Positions 34,152-44,639 of a stretch of DNA of 64,000 bases are shown here, in pieces. Each line of letters opens with the position of its first letter. The first letter of the stretch is position 1. A program made the translations under genes and the position numbers. A model generated the notes under the pieces. That model was given only the letters and a program-made list of their open reading frames with translations. It ran no database searches and had not been told where the DNA came from. The DNA lies in the sequence record PZ583738.1. The stretch is one strand, 5' to 3'. Origin of the DNA: a phage.

Positions 34152-35844
34152 TAGAACTCATTGTTGACATTGTTTCGGACCAATTGCCAGCCACGGTCAT
34201 ATCAACGTTTCCATTAACGGACCATTTGACATTACCATTTACCGTATAATCATGGTTACCTTCGACAAGAGTTTTTGCGTCACCTTTAACAGTTATTTCA
34301 GCATTACCTTCGACCAGAATACTTACATTACCTTTGACGATAATTGTACCGTCACCTTCGATAGTTTTGGTTTCATTCCCACGAATATGAATGCTTTCGC
34401 TTCCATCGGTCTGGCGACGAACATTAGCCATATTATAATAGGTTTCATCACCGCCAACGTTGACTTTATTATTTCCGCCCACGTAAGTGCTAGAATCACC
34501 CTGGGTCATATAATAACCGTCAGCTACTGTCTTCGAAGTCTTACGACCATCTGGTGCAACTTCCTCGTAGGAACCGGTCGGGTGAATCAGTCGATAACGT
34601 TCTTGTCCAGGGGTGTTATCGAATTCCTGAATATGACCGCCTTCAGTTTGCATTGTCTGCACGTAAGGATATTCGCCCTTGTAACTTGATTCTGGCTCTT
34701 TAAACAGAATCCTTGTATCTTCTGGGGTCCACGGGTCAGCTGGGTCAGAATTTGCAGGGGCTGCAAAGGTTTGAATCATCCTATATGAACGCCCTTTAAA
34801 TGACCTTTCTTTAGGAGCCATAATACCGTATGATTCCATATTACCGGTAAGGATAATCATTGATACCCTTGATGCACGCCCTTTAGTTTGGTTAAACCAT
34901 ACTGAATTACGAGCTTCCTCAAATGCCTTTTTATAATCACCTACTAACATTGCGCTAAGCATTCCACGGAATTTAGCCAATCCGCCTAATCCCATTTGGA
35001 AAGCCATGTTTTCAAGAGCCATTTGTCTCGAACGGTTTTCTTTATTGTAAACTGGACCCACGACACTATGCCGGCCTATATCGTTTTGTACTTTTTTAAG
35101 GTCTTCTTGGAATAATTTAGAGGCCTCGTCCATTGATATTGCGCCAGGGTTACCTTTAACTTCACGGCCTATTTGATTAGATAATATTTTGTTTATCTGA
35201 TTCATATCTCTAATAGGTTGTGGTGCAATTAAGTGTCCTATACCTATAGTAGGATAACCTTCGGTGTCCCAATATACTTTCAAACGAAGACCTTCATCAC
35301 GGTGAAGCATATTTTCAATTGTGAAATTAGGATTATCATCTGGCTTAACTTGACTCAAATCAAGGCCATCGGGGTTAATACCAAGGTCAAGGTTTGCATC
35401 CTGAATTACGTTCGAAGTTGCATCGTAACCGACCTCACCGCCTCGGTTGAGCGCAGCAGCATCATTACCTACATAAAGTGGATATTGTCCTGTGGGGTCA
35501 GAGAAGCCTTCGTTGGGATTTGCTTTTTGTCTTGAGGCTGAACCATACGTACCAATAACAAGCCCGTTGAGTTTCCACTTGTCTAAAAAGTGACCATATA
35601 CCTGAGTCCCTGGCACCATACCGGTCATTGCAGTTTGAATACCAGAAACTGATGCAGATGATGTTGGCATCAGTACAGACATCCATGGCAGGTCTTCAGT
35701 TCTGATACCTTTTACAGGCCCTTGTGATTTCTCATATGGATGCATACCCCATACACGGACACGGACTCGGCCTTGTTGAAGTGGGTCCATTCGGTCTTCG
35801 ACAACACCGACGAACCAACTTACATTATCTGACATATTAATCAT
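34102..35844 (-). CDS. 5: baseplate hub / cell-puncturing device with lysozyme domain gp5
   Basis: 580 aa; OB-fold N-terminus, central T4-lysozyme-like domain (KVYWDTEGYPTIGIGHL), C-terminal beta-helix repeats (VxGNxxxxV). Confidence 0.92.
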   Translation of the reverse strand: MINMSDNVSWFVGVVEDRMDPLQQGRVRVRVWGMHPYEKSQGPVKGIRTEDLPWMSVLMPTSSASVSGIQTAMTGMVPGTQVYGHFLDKWKLNGLVIGTYGSASRQKANPNEGFSDPTGQYPLYVGNDAAALNRGGEVGYDATSNVIQDANLDLGINPDGLDLSQVKPDDNPNFTIENMLHRDEGLRLKVYWDTEGYPTIGIGHLIAPQPIRDMNQINKILSNQIGREVKGNPGAISMDEASKLFQEDLKKVQNDIGRHSVVGPVYNKENRSRQMALENMAFQMGLGGLAKFRGMLSAMLVGDYKKAFEEARNSVWFNQTKGRASRVSMIILTGNMESYGIMAPKERSFKGRSYRMIQTFAAPANSDPADPWTPEDTRILFKEPESSYKGEYPYVQTMQTEGGHIQEFDNTPGQERYRLIHPTGSYEEVAPDGRKTSKTVADGYYMTQGDSSTYVGGNNKVNVGGDETYYNMANVRRQTDGSESIHIRGNETKTIEGDGTIIVKGNVSILVEGNAEITVKGDAKTLVEGNHDYTVNGNVKWSVNGNVDMTVAGNWSETMSTMSSIASGQYTIDGSRIDIG

Positions 35845-36443
35845 AATGACTTCTCCATCTCACGGATTAATGCCGAAATAAATGATTCGATATCATTAGG
35901 GTCGATTATCTTTATTTCTCGTTTATATTCATTTTTACGAATAGCATCTTCATAGATATCTACTGCAGCTAATGGACCTTCATATTGTGGGTACAATTTA
36001 TTCTTATCACCTTTATCATACCAGGTGTACGGATTATCAGGATAAGAAACAAGATTCCAGAATTTTTCACCATCTTCATTTACATGATAAAGAACCTGAT
36101 TACCACCTATATTCGAATAGCGTTGAATTGATGCCTGATACGATGATTCTTGTGAACATATCCAACCATAATACGGGTCATAGATATCATTAAGCATAAG
36201 GAGAACCCAATAGAGTTGAGTATTACCATAGAGCTGATATGCAAGTTCTTCAGGTCTTGGAGCTCCAGCGATGTAATATGTTTTCGGTGTATAATTAACC
36301 GCAACCTTATCAAAATAGGCACGATAGTTTCTGAAGATGTCAGTCATCGGGATGCTTAAGACGTCTTCTTTCGTTAATGATGCCGAGTTTTTTCTGATTG
36401 TTTTAGCATCATAATCAATTGGGTTAAAAAATGAAAAAAGCAT
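35841..36443 (-). CDS. 53: baseplate wedge protein gp53
   Basis: Start set at internal ATG (MLFSFFNPIDYDAK...) matching recalled T4 gp53 N-terminus; track ORF begins at an upstream non-ATG codon. Confidence 0.8.
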   Translation of the reverse strand: MLFSFFNPIDYDAKTIRKNSASLTKEDVLSIPMTDIFRNYRAYFDKVAVNYTPKTYYIAGAPRPEELAYQLYGNTQLYWVLLMLNDIYDPYYGWICSQESSYQASIQRYSNIGGNQVLYHVNEDGEKFWNLVSYPDNPYTWYDKGDKNKLYPQYEGPLAAVDIYEDAIRKNEYKREIKIIDPNDIESFISALIREMEKSL

Positions 36444-36455
36444 AAAGCCTCCATT

Positions 36456-36463
36456 TATAAATA
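36456..36463 (+). promoter_or_regulatory. late promoter TATAAATA upstream of gene 4 (divergent 53/4 region)
   Basis: Exact motif about 30 nt upstream of gene 4 ATG. Confidence 0.5.
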
Positions 36464-36491
36464 AGTATATCAATATTTATTAGGAGGCTAT

Positions 36492-36944
36492 ATGGCATAC
36501 TCCGGGAAGTGGCAGCCAAAAAACGTTGCCAAGTACAAAGGAGACTGGAAGAAAATCACATACAGGTCAAATTGGGAAAAATTTGTATTTAATTGGTTAG
36601 ATAATCATCCAGATGTGATACAATGGGGCTCTGAGACCGTAATTATTCCATATTTCAGTAATGCGGATGGTAAAAAACGCAGATATTACATGGATATGTG
36701 GGTGAAATTCTCAAATGGACAACAGTTTTTCTTTGAGGTCAAACCCAAAAAGGAAACAAGGCCGCCAGCAAAACCAGTCAATACGACCGCTGCAAGTAAG
36801 AAGAGGTTTATGAACGAAATGTACACTTGGGCCGTTAACAAGGATAAGTGGAAAGCAGCGCAGGCCGTAGCCGATAAAATGGGCATCCAGTTTAGATTGA
36901 TTACTGAAGATGCGCTTAGAAAAATGGGATATAAGGGTTTATAA
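36492..36944 (+). CDS. 4: head completion protein gp4
   Basis: 150 aa, same as T4 gp4, divergent from gene 53. Confidence 0.85.
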   Translation: MAYSGKWQPKNVAKYKGDWKKITYRSNWEKFVFNWLDNHPDVIQWGSETVIIPYFSNADGKKRRYYMDMWVKFSNGQQFFFEVKPKKETRPPAKPVNTTAASKKRFMNEMYTWAVNKDKWKAAQAVADKMGIQFRLITEDALRKMGYKGL

Positions 36945-37672
36945 TGTACGATTGTTCAGATTTTAACATCACAAATGGCGAGATAGTGGGACAAGGCGAT
37001 TTTAATAAATCAAAAACTTTGATATTTGTAAAGTGCTTTATATGTGAAGAAACATGCAAATACAAAGCAACTGTTTTAAAGCATAAGTTAAAAACAAAAA
37101 GTTGGTGTTCTAATTGTAATTTAAAACGTTCTTATGGTGAAAGCAAATTAATATCTGAATTAGATGCAATCACAAGAATAAATTCCGTGAATCCATTGTA
37201 TAGTTTTGATAAATGGGATACCACATATTCAACTTTTACAAAATCAAAAGCCTATATAAAGTGTTCTACATGTTCAACCAGTTGGATTACAAATCTAAAC
37301 AACTTTACAACAAAAAACAAAGGATGTCCAAACTGTTGTCACAAAGGATTTAACGCAAAGAAACCTGCTATTGTTTATGTTAATAAAATAGAATATCCGG
37401 GCGGAACTGCTTTAAAGTATGGTATAACTTCCAATCATGATTTTAGATTGTGGCAGCAAAATCATTTTTCCAAATGCATTAGTTCCAAATTATATTATCG
37501 AGAATTTGAACTGGGTGCACAAGCCAAAATGTTAGAATCCGCAATATCTGTATTATATATAAAAGACAGAGGTTATTTGAATAAAGATATTATGGTCGAT
37601 GGCTATACAGAAACCTTACCATACTATTTAAAAAATGATTTGATTAATTTTATAGAAGGATGGAAAGGATGA
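36944..37672 (+). CDS. Cys-rich homing-endonuclease-like protein inserted between genes 4 and 2
   Basis: 242 aa; four CxxC pairs (zinc-ribbon-like) plus GIY-YIG-like [23 protein letters not shown]...R...H in the C-terminal half; not present at this junction in T4. Confidence 0.45.
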   Translation: MYDCSDFNITNGEIVGQGDFNKSKTLIFVKCFICEETCKYKATVLKHKLKTKSWCSNCNLKRSYGESKLISELDAITRINSVNPLYSFDKWDTTYSTFTKSKAYIKCSTCSTSWITNLNNFTTKNKGCPNCCHKGFNAKKPAIVYVNKIEYPGGTALKYGITSNHDFRLWQQNHFSKCISSKLYYREFELGAQAKMLESAISVLYIKDRGYLNKDIMVDGYTETLPYYLKNDLINFIEGWKG

Positions 37673-38496
37673 GTATTTTTACATTTATCAATGAATCTGC
37701 AGATAAACCAGGTCCGAAACCCAGTAAATCAGAACAACAATGGGTTGAAATAGGGGTTGAATTTTATACAGCAAAAGAAAAGGGAATGACCTCGAAGAAG
37801 TTTGCTGAAGAGAAAGGAATCAACTATTCGACCTTTACCAAAAGCATGTCAAGATATCATTCGAGAATTCAGACTGCTTATAAAGTATCCAAGCTCAAAA
37901 AGAAACCTGCCGGTAAACTTACGAAGGCTGAACGTCAGCTGATAATGGTGAATAGCTTTAGAAAGAGCATAAGAGATAAGATTGCTAACGAAGGCGCTGC
38001 AAGCAACACCAAATCTGCCAGATGGTTCGCTGAGACAATTAAGAAATCGGTTCGGGGCCACGTAACGGCTAAACCTCAACCGGGTAAGATTTATGCTTAT
38101 ATCTATGATGCAAAGCATAAGGATACTCTTCCGTACTGGGACAAATATCCGTTAATCATTTATCTTGGGCTAGGTAAGCACAATTTGATGTATGGTTTGA
38201 ACTTGCACTATATTCCACCGAAGGCACGTCAAGAGTTCCTTGAGGAACTTCTTAAGCAATATGCCAATACTCCTACGATTACGAACAAGACTCATCTGAA
38301 GATTGATTGGTCAAAAGTGAAGGGATTTAAAGGGGCTGACCAGATGATTAAAGCATATATACCTGGCAATATAAAAGGTACTATCACTGAAATCAAGCCC
38401 AGCGACTGGGCAAATGTGGTATTACTCCCCCTTCAGCAGTTTTTTTCAAAAGGCAAAAGATTTTCTTCACAGAAAGTATGGAGAAATTCACTTTGA
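37660..38496 (+). CDS. 2: DNA end protector protein gp2
   Basis: 278 aa in gene 2 position between genes 4 and 3. Confidence 0.8.
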   Translation: MERMSIFTFINESADKPGPKPSKSEQQWVEIGVEFYTAKEKGMTSKKFAEEKGINYSTFTKSMSRYHSRIQTAYKVSKLKKKPAGKLTKAERQLIMVNSFRKSIRDKIANEGAASNTKSARWFAETIKKSVRGHVTAKPQPGKIYAYIYDAKHKDTLPYWDKYPLIIYLGLGKHNLMYGLNLHYIPPKARQEFLEELLKQYANTPTITNKTHLKIDWSKVKGFKGADQMIKAYIPGNIKGTITEIKPSDWANVVLLPLQQFFSKGKRFSSQKVWRNSL

Positions 38497-39152
38497 ATTA
38501 TCAGTTTATATATTCATCGTTAATTGAAAGGGCCCGTAACAGGGTCCTGATTTCATATAAAGAATCTCATCACATCATTCCGAAATGTATGGGTGGTTCA
38601 AATGCTCCGGATAACTTAGTCGATTTGACTCCCGAGGAACATTATGTAGCCCATCAACTATTGGTTAAAATATATCCTACAAATCCAGGTTTAAGTTTTG
38701 CTGCCACATCTATGAGTCAGTCAAGCAAGTATTTGAAACGCAATAATAAATTATTTGGCTGGTTAAGACGCAGACACGCTGACAATATTTCTAAAAGCCA
38801 AACCGGTAAAGTTTACTTTAATAATGGTGTCAAATCGATAAAACTATTTCCATGGGAAGATGTTCCGGATGGGTTTGTCAAAGGAAGACATTACAGCCCA
38901 ACCAAGGGTACAAAACATTCTCGCAATAATGGACATTTTAAAAATAAAGAGATTCAGGACGAATTGAGAAAGCGCCGGTGGGAAAAAGATAGGCAAGAAA
39001 TGTGTAAAAACTTCGGAGTTGATACCATCGAGCAAGCTCGAGAGTTGGTCCTAGCATATAAAAAGGAATTGCATCCTCGATACTGGGTAAAGCCAATGTT
39101 GGAACGTTATCCGTTTATGACTAAGCTAAGACTTAACACATTAATAAAATAA
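38478..39152 (+). CDS. HNH homing endonuclease (Mob-like) inserted between genes 2 and 3
   Basis: 224 aa; canonical HNH region [30 protein letters not shown]. Confidence 0.8.
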   Translation: MEKFTLNYQFIYSSLIERARNRVLISYKESHHIIPKCMGGSNAPDNLVDLTPEEHYVAHQLLVKIYPTNPGLSFAATSMSQSSKYLKRNNKLFGWLRRRHADNISKSQTGKVYFNNGVKSIKLFPWEDVPDGFVKGRHYSPTKGTKHSRNNGHFKNKEIQDELRKRRWEKDRQEMCKNFGVDTIEQARELVLAYKKELHPRYWVKPMLERYPFMTKLRLNTLIK

Positions 39153-39237
39153 TCTATTATCGGTCAGTGTTATTGGTAAGGACAAAAGGTCTAGAACCAT
39201 TATAACACTGATTGTTTTAAAGCAAACAAGGTGCACT

Positions 39238-39837
39238 ATGTCAGGTTTATATAATCAAACTAACACGACTAACTTTATATTAGAGGTAAGCGATTCAAAC
39301 CTCACACAGACCTTTAAACTCAACGTTCAAGACGTTACCCTCCCTGGAGTTCACATTCCAGTGACGGATGTCCCTGGGGGAACACAAGGTATAAATCGCT
39401 CCAGTCTTCCTGGTAGTACAATAGAATTCGACCCGCTGATTGTTAACTTTCTGTGTGACAAAGACCTAAGAGCATGGCTTGATATCTATAAATGGATGCT
39501 CTCGCTCAACAACTACATCACACACGAATCAAAAGCATGGCATCCAAAGGGTCGTCCCGAAGCGGTCACGCTTCATATCTTAGATAACAACAAGGACAAA
39601 ATTGTCATGTCAATCCATTACTATGGAGCATGGCCGTCCGACCTGTCAGAGATTCAGTATTCATATAAAGAAGATTCTGACCCGGCTATCATTGCAACAG
39701 CAACTTTTAACTTTAAGTCTTTTGCTGTAGAAATTGATGGTATAATAATAGAAGGTAGACCACAGATTGATAGTAATGCAGCAATGCAACAGGAAATCAG
39801 GTCTAAGTCAATGCATCCATCTATGAGAAACGTATGA
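39238..39837 (+). CDS. 3: tail completion / sheath terminator protein gp3
   Basis: 199 aa in gene 3 position between genes 2 and 1. Confidence 0.65.
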   Translation: MSGLYNQTNTTNFILEVSDSNLTQTFKLNVQDVTLPGVHIPVTDVPGGTQGINRSSLPGSTIEFDPLIVNFLCDKDLRAWLDIYKWMLSLNNYITHESKAWHPKGRPEAVTLHILDNNKDKIVMSIHYYGAWPSDLSEIQYSYKEDSDPAIIATATFNFKSFAVEIDGIIIEGRPQIDSNAAMQQEIRSKSMHPSMRNV

Positions 39838-40510
39838 AATTAATTGCGATTGTGGGTAAAAAACGCAGTGGTAAAGATACGACTGCTGATTATGTTATTA
39901 GTCAAAACGGAACAAAGTGGCAGCTTGCTGGTCCGATTAAAGAAGCGCTTTATAAAGCGTGGATTCGTCAAGACCTGCCACACAATTTGACCCTGGAAAA
40001 TTTTGATGGACAAGGTTACGACCGTGAAAAAACCTTAATAATGAACAACACCGAAGCTTATATTCTTCTGGTTGATGCTCTTGAATGGTTGAAACAACAA
40101 TACAATCTTGACCTTCCGAATCCAGATATGGTTCGTAAAATCATTGAATTTCACACACTAAATAATGTTGAGCCCTGGACAGTTAGACGTTTCATGCAGA
40201 CCCTTGGAACTGATATTGTTTGTACAGAGTTCGACAGCATGTTTTGGATTAAAACTTTTGCATGCGACTATCTTGACAACCTCTATTCTGGATATAAATA
40301 TTACGTTGTCCCAGATGTTCGCCAAAAGAACGAACTTGATTCGCTTCGGGCGATGGGTGCTACAATAATCTTTGTAGAACGCGATGAAGCAAATCATTCT
40401 ACTGATACACACATTACGGAAGCTGGACTTCCACCACTAGCTAGTGACATTGTTATTAAAAACGATGGCACACTCGAAGAACTTTTTGATAAAATTAATA
40501 AGGTAATATA

Positions 40511-40511
<1 letters not shown>
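39834..40511 (+). CDS. 1: deoxynucleoside monophosphate kinase gp1
   Basis: 225 aa; P-loop GKKRSGKDTTADYV matches recalled T4 gp1. Confidence 0.88.
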
Positions 40512-41202
<691 letters not shown>

Positions 41203-41262
41203 TGTACAAATGAGTGTAGGTGCAGTATTATGTTCCTACACCAATGAACAAACGGAGTTAAT

Positions 41263-41595
41263 ATGAACATCAAAACTTACAACGAGTTTTTAGCCGAATC
41301 CGCCATCAATGAGACCAAATCAATTGATGATAGTGAAGGCTCTCTGAAATTTGGTTTAACCAAAAACGCAGATGGTGTTTTCTTTCAGATTGGTAATGAA
41401 CGTTTTCAAACGTCCAAATATTCCAAAGCTGCAGTTGAAGCTGTCCTGAAATCTGGTGGCAAGTGGAAAGGCAAAGAAGGTACTAAAGAAATTGGTATCG
41501 CTGTTGACGGTGGTATGGCTTATTTTAAAATTGGCGATGAACAATTTATTATGTCTGCTCGCGGACGTAAAGAACTGGCAAAACTTTATAAATAA
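41263..41595 (+). CDS. internal protein with capsid-targeting leader (variant MNIKTYNEFLAES)
   Basis: 110 aa; N-terminus matches T4 internal-protein capsid targeting sequence with L-x-E protease site. Confidence 0.6.
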   Translation: MNIKTYNEFLAESAINETKSIDDSEGSLKFGLTKNADGVFFQIGNERFQTSKYSKAAVEAVLKSGGKWKGKEGTKEIGIAVDGGMAYFKIGDEQFIMSARGRKELAKLYK

Positions 41596-41603
41596 GGTTT
41601 CTT

Positions 41604-41876
41604 ATGAAAACTTTCAATGAATTTTTCAACGAGTCACAATTGAATGAAGAAGTAAAAATTAGTAAAGCAGTCAAATCTATGATTGACAATATCAATCACC
41701 TGTATAGCATTGACTTGACTGACCATATAACAATTGGTAACAAACGCAACTTTTTCGCGTTTGACATTTCAGAACTTGACCAGAACCAAATTAATAACAT
41801 TGAGCGTTTTGCCAATGACAAGGGTCTCCGCCATGAGACAGCTGGTTATAAAAAATATGCAATTTATCTTAAATAA
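41604..41876 (+). CDS. internal protein with capsid-targeting leader (MKTFNEFFNES)
   Basis: 90 aa; CTS-like N-terminus. Confidence 0.6.
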   Translation: MKTFNEFFNESQLNEEVKISKAVKSMIDNINHLYSIDLTDHITIGNKRNFFAFDISELDQNQINNIERFANDKGLRHETAGYKKYAIYLK

Positions 41877-41884
41877 GGCTTCAA

Positions 41885-42127
41885 ATGAAAACTTATCAAA
41901 CATTTATAACAGAATCTTCCCATAGTATGGAAGTTAAACTTGGTCAAGCCCTTGCTGAAGCAGAGCGCCTGTTTGCACGTATCAAAGAACTTGCCGATTC
42001 TGTAGATGCATCATCTTTTAAAGGCGACCAGGGTAAAGTTAAAGCTCTCCTTGCTCTTTGTTCAGACGCGGGTGAAATTGCTAAGAACGGCACCAAGATG
42101 AAAAAACGCCTAGAAGATTTAAAATAA
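41885..42127 (+). CDS. internal protein with capsid-targeting leader (MKTYQTFITES)
   Basis: 80 aa; CTS-like N-terminus. Confidence 0.65.
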   Translation: MKTYQTFITESSHSMEVKLGQALAEAERLFARIKELADSVDASSFKGDQGKVKALLALCSDAGEIAKNGTKMKKRLEDLK

Positions 42128-42175
42128 GTGTACATGATGGGATAACTGTAGTATGATTATCCCATCAACTACTGG
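42128..42175 (+). promoter_or_regulatory. early promoter / stem-loop cassette (PeSL-like): GTGTAC, GGGATAA...TTATCCC inverted repeat over the -10, leader catcaactactggag
   Basis: Repeated cassette, compare 42438, 46472, 57667, 61570. Confidence 0.5.
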
Positions 42176-42182
42176 AGACCAC

Positions 42183-42437
42183 ATGAAAACTTATCAAGAA
42201 TTTATTACTGAATCTGCAAATGCAAAAGTTGAGTTTGCTTATGTTGGTTCGCCGCGTGGCAGTTTTTCCAATGAGGAATTCCGTCGTTCACTGGACAACT
42301 TTATGCAGTTAAGTGCTGAAGTATCGCATGATGGTCGTTATGACATCGTTACTATTAGCGGTTCTGAAGACCTTATCAAAAAGTGGTACAAGCAGAAAGA
42401 TGTTGAGATGCGTTACTATCGTATCCCTAAAAAATAA
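42183..42437 (+). CDS. internal protein with capsid-targeting leader (MKTYQEFITES)
   Basis: Start moved to ATG at 42183 (RBS GGAG upstream, early promoter/stem-loop cassette upstream); N-terminus equals T4 CTS consensus. Confidence 0.7.
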   Translation: MKTYQEFITESANAKVEFAYVGSPRGSFSNEEFRRSLDNFMQLSAEVSHDGRYDIVTISGSEDLIKKWYKQKDVEMRYYRIPKK

Positions 42438-42482
42438 GTGTACTTTTAAATGGGATAGTGTATAATTATCCCATCAACTACT
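42438..42482 (+). promoter_or_regulatory. early promoter / stem-loop cassette (PeSL-like)
   Basis: GTGTAC, 17 bp spacer, TATAAT inside gggatag...ttatccc inverted repeat, leader catcaactactgagg. Confidence 0.5.
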
Positions 42483-42494
42483 GAGGGCCAAAAA

Positions 42495-42716
42495 ATGAAA
42501 ACTTATCAAGAATTTATTAACGAAGCTAAAATGCATGACGAATTGCCGATTCAATCTAAAACTTTTGATGGTACACTGAAGGATTTTAAAAAGTTACCAA
42601 ATGATAAATTGGCAAAACTTACAGGTTCTGTATCTGAAACAGGTGGTAAGGTTACTTTCTCTGCCCGTGGTATTGTCAACCTTAAAAAACTTTTGAAAGC
42701 CGTTGGTGCTGAATAA
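42495..42716 (+). CDS. internal protein with capsid-targeting leader (MKTYQEFINEA)
   Basis: 73 aa; CTS N-terminus; preceded by early promoter/stem-loop cassette. Confidence 0.7.
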   Translation: MKTYQEFINEAKMHDELPIQSKTFDGTLKDFKKLPNDKLAKLTGSVSETGGKVTFSARGIVNLKKLLKAVGAE

Positions 42717-42774
42717 AACAGTTACTGGTCTAGTATATCATAACCTAGACCTATCAAAAAGTGAGGAGAATAAA

Positions 42775-42960
42775 ATGAAACGTTGTGAATTAATTAGAAA
42801 TGTTACTGCCTTTGTTGCTGTTACCACTTTTGGTTTTAGCATGTTTGCTGGCTTTATGTTGAATATGCTTTCAACTTCTGAGAATATAATCTCTTTAGTA
42901 GTTACATTTTTAATTGGTTCAATCTCTTTCGTTATGGATAAAATCTCTAAAGGTGAGTAA
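42775..42960 (+). CDS. small membrane protein (two predicted TM helices)
   Basis: Start at ATG after RBS GAGGAG; hydrophobic segments AFVAVTTFGFSMFAGFML and ISLVVTFLIGSISFV. Confidence 0.5.
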   Translation: MKRCELIRNVTAFVAVTTFGFSMFAGFMLNMLSTSENIISLVVTFLIGSISFVMDKISKGE

Positions 42961-42961
42961 A

Positions 42962-43351
42962 ATGTATAAAGTGTATGCGGATTATCAGGCAAATCCATCT
43001 GAAAAACCAGATTGTCAAATTGGGTGGGCGCATGACACCCTGCTTGAAGCGGTAGATGAAGCTCAAAAATTAGGGTATAGTTATGTAGATATTGTTCAAC
43101 CAAATGGAACAGTTATTACACTTGAAGAATTCAAGAATATCAAAACAAACTTTTTGCTTTTTGCAGGTGATAGCTATTATCCTCGTGGCGGTTATGCTGA
43201 CTTAATCGCAAAGGCTGCGACTGAAGATGAACTGCGTGATATCATTAAAGAAAACGAGAAGAAGCCTTGTTATGGTTCCAACCGTTTTGACTGGTGGCAG
43301 ATTGTTAATGCCAATACGCATACTATTGTTGATGAAGGAACATGCGAATGA
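42962..43351 (+). CDS. hypothetical protein
   Basis: Start at internal ATG (MYKVYADY) with RBS AGGTGAG; 129 aa. Confidence 0.5.
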   Translation: MYKVYADYQANPSEKPDCQIGWAHDTLLEAVDEAQKLGYSYVDIVQPNGTVITLEEFKNIKTNFLLFAGDSYYPRGGYADLIAKAATEDELRDIIKENEKKPCYGSNRFDWWQIVNANTHTIVDEGTCE

Positions 43352-43824
43352 ATATCAAATTTGGTCAGACCATCCCTAAAGGTTATGTGATTGAAATTGA
43401 AACCTGGGAAAATGATGGTGACAACTATAAAACCCAAACGGTATTTGGCGTAGAAGAACAAGAAATCCAACAGTACAAATATATCCTGGAACTTTTCCAT
43501 GGTTCGCATTGCAATAATCGCAATAAATGTGGTAATTCAGAATGGGATGTGGTTAAACACTTGGTTATCGCCCACATTGCATCTGGTGTAAAATCTGGCC
43601 AGTTGACTTATGAATTTTTGGATAAAGTTCTTGGTATCCAAGACTTAGAAGCCTTGCTGAATGATGATGAAGAAGCATACTATTTGAATGAAGCCCTTAC
43701 TGAGCTCCTTGGTATGGCTTGCGAATATGATGGCGATTTCATGCGTGTAATTTCTTATGTTAAGCTATATATAATCGAAGAAGAAATCCGAATCCCATTT
43801 GTTAAAGCGCTTGATATGCTTTAA
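43342..43824 (+). CDS. hypothetical protein
   Basis: 160 aa ORF, start overlaps previous stop. Confidence 0.5.
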   Translation: MRMNIKFGQTIPKGYVIEIETWENDGDNYKTQTVFGVEEQEIQQYKYILELFHGSHCNNRNKCGNSEWDVVKHLVIAHIASGVKSGQLTYEFLDKVLGIQDLEALLNDDEEAYYLNEALTELLGMACEYDGDFMRVISYVKLYIIEEEIRIPFVKALDML

Positions 43825-43944
43825 CAAAAACGCGTTATTATTAATAAGTACCCTCTATTACCAAAGGTTCTTCCCTCAAAGAACCTTTCATAATAGCATG
43901 TGCTATTGTCTAACTTACTTTACTTAATTTTACTTGAGGTGTTT

Positions 43945-44214
43945 ATGTTAGTATTAAAATTAGCTTTTTACGACCCTAAAACAAAGACAACCACTACCAA
44001 ACGTTGCTCTATTTCGTATGAGTGTCAATTTGGCGAAATTCAGCATCCAACAGGCGAAACCTTTATGTCAATTGGTTGTTCAACATTCAATAAAGTCAAA
44101 TTAATACCGTTGGTTAATACGGCGGCTTATCTGGTTGCACCAGAAGAAATGACTTATCATACAATTCAGCATATGGTTAAAGATGATAATGCTCCCGCTG
44201 GATTTGTAATTTAA
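43945..44214 (+). CDS. hypothetical Cys-containing small protein
   Basis: Start at ATG after RBS GAGGTG; 89 aa. Confidence 0.45.
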   Translation: MLVLKLAFYDPKTKTTTTKRCSISYECQFGEIQHPTGETFMSIGCSTFNKVKLIPLVNTAAYLVAPEEMTYHTIQHMVKDDNAPAGFVI

Positions 44215-44219
44215 TTTTA

Positions 44220-44293
44220 GGCCCTGTAGCTCAATTGGTTAGAGCATCCGGCTCATAACTGGCAGGTTTCCGGTTCAAGTCCGGATGGGGCCA
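44220..44293 (+). tRNA. tRNA with CAU anticodon (Met, or Ile if lysidine-modified)
   Basis: Hand-folded cloverleaf: acceptor ggccctg/tggggcc, D-arm gctc-aattggtta-gagc, anticodon loop cTCATAa, T-arm tccgg-TTCAAGT-ccgga, discriminator A. Confidence 0.8.
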
Positions 44294-44295
44294 CC

Positions 44296-44372
44296 CGGGG
44301 TGTAGCTCAATTGTATAGAGCAACGGTCTTCTAAACCGTAGGTTGTGGGTTAGAATCCCACCACCCCGACCA
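44296..44372 (+). tRNA. tRNA-Arg (anticodon UCU), CCA encoded
   Basis: Hand-folded cloverleaf: acceptor cggggtg/caccccg, D-arm gctc/gagc, anticodon stem acggt/accgt with loop cTTCTaa, T-arm gtggg-TTAGAAT-cccac, then ACCA. Confidence 0.85.
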
Positions 44373-44387
44373 ATTACTGAGGATATT

Positions 44388-44627
44388 ATGGTTATTAGTG
44401 AATCATATGCAGTTATGGATATAACCAGCAACGAGCTGGTTTATAGCTTTGATGAGTTTGACGAAAATGATAAACAAGTCCCATGGTTTGCATTAACTGC
44501 TCCACCTGAGCATAATAAATATCTAAGTTTCCCGACTCGCAGACTAGCAACAAATTTTATGGAATTCAATGACCTTGATTCCAATTATAAGGTTGTTAAA
44601 GTCAAATTAGCTATTACAATTGAATGA
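44388..44627 (+). CDS. hypothetical protein
   Basis: Track ORF starts at a non-ATG codon inside tRNA-Arg; first ATG downstream of the tRNA is at 44388 (MVISESYAVMD...). Confidence 0.45.
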   Translation: MVISESYAVMDITSNELVYSFDEFDENDKQVPWFALTAPPEHNKYLSFPTRRLATNFMEFNDLDSNYKVVKVKLAITIE

Positions 44628-44639
44628 GAAACCGGGTCG

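Noticed and set aside
44343-44387. Track start of ORF 44343-44627
   Set aside because: The first codon is a non-ATG start lying inside tRNA-Arg; the gene more plausibly begins at the ATG at 44388.
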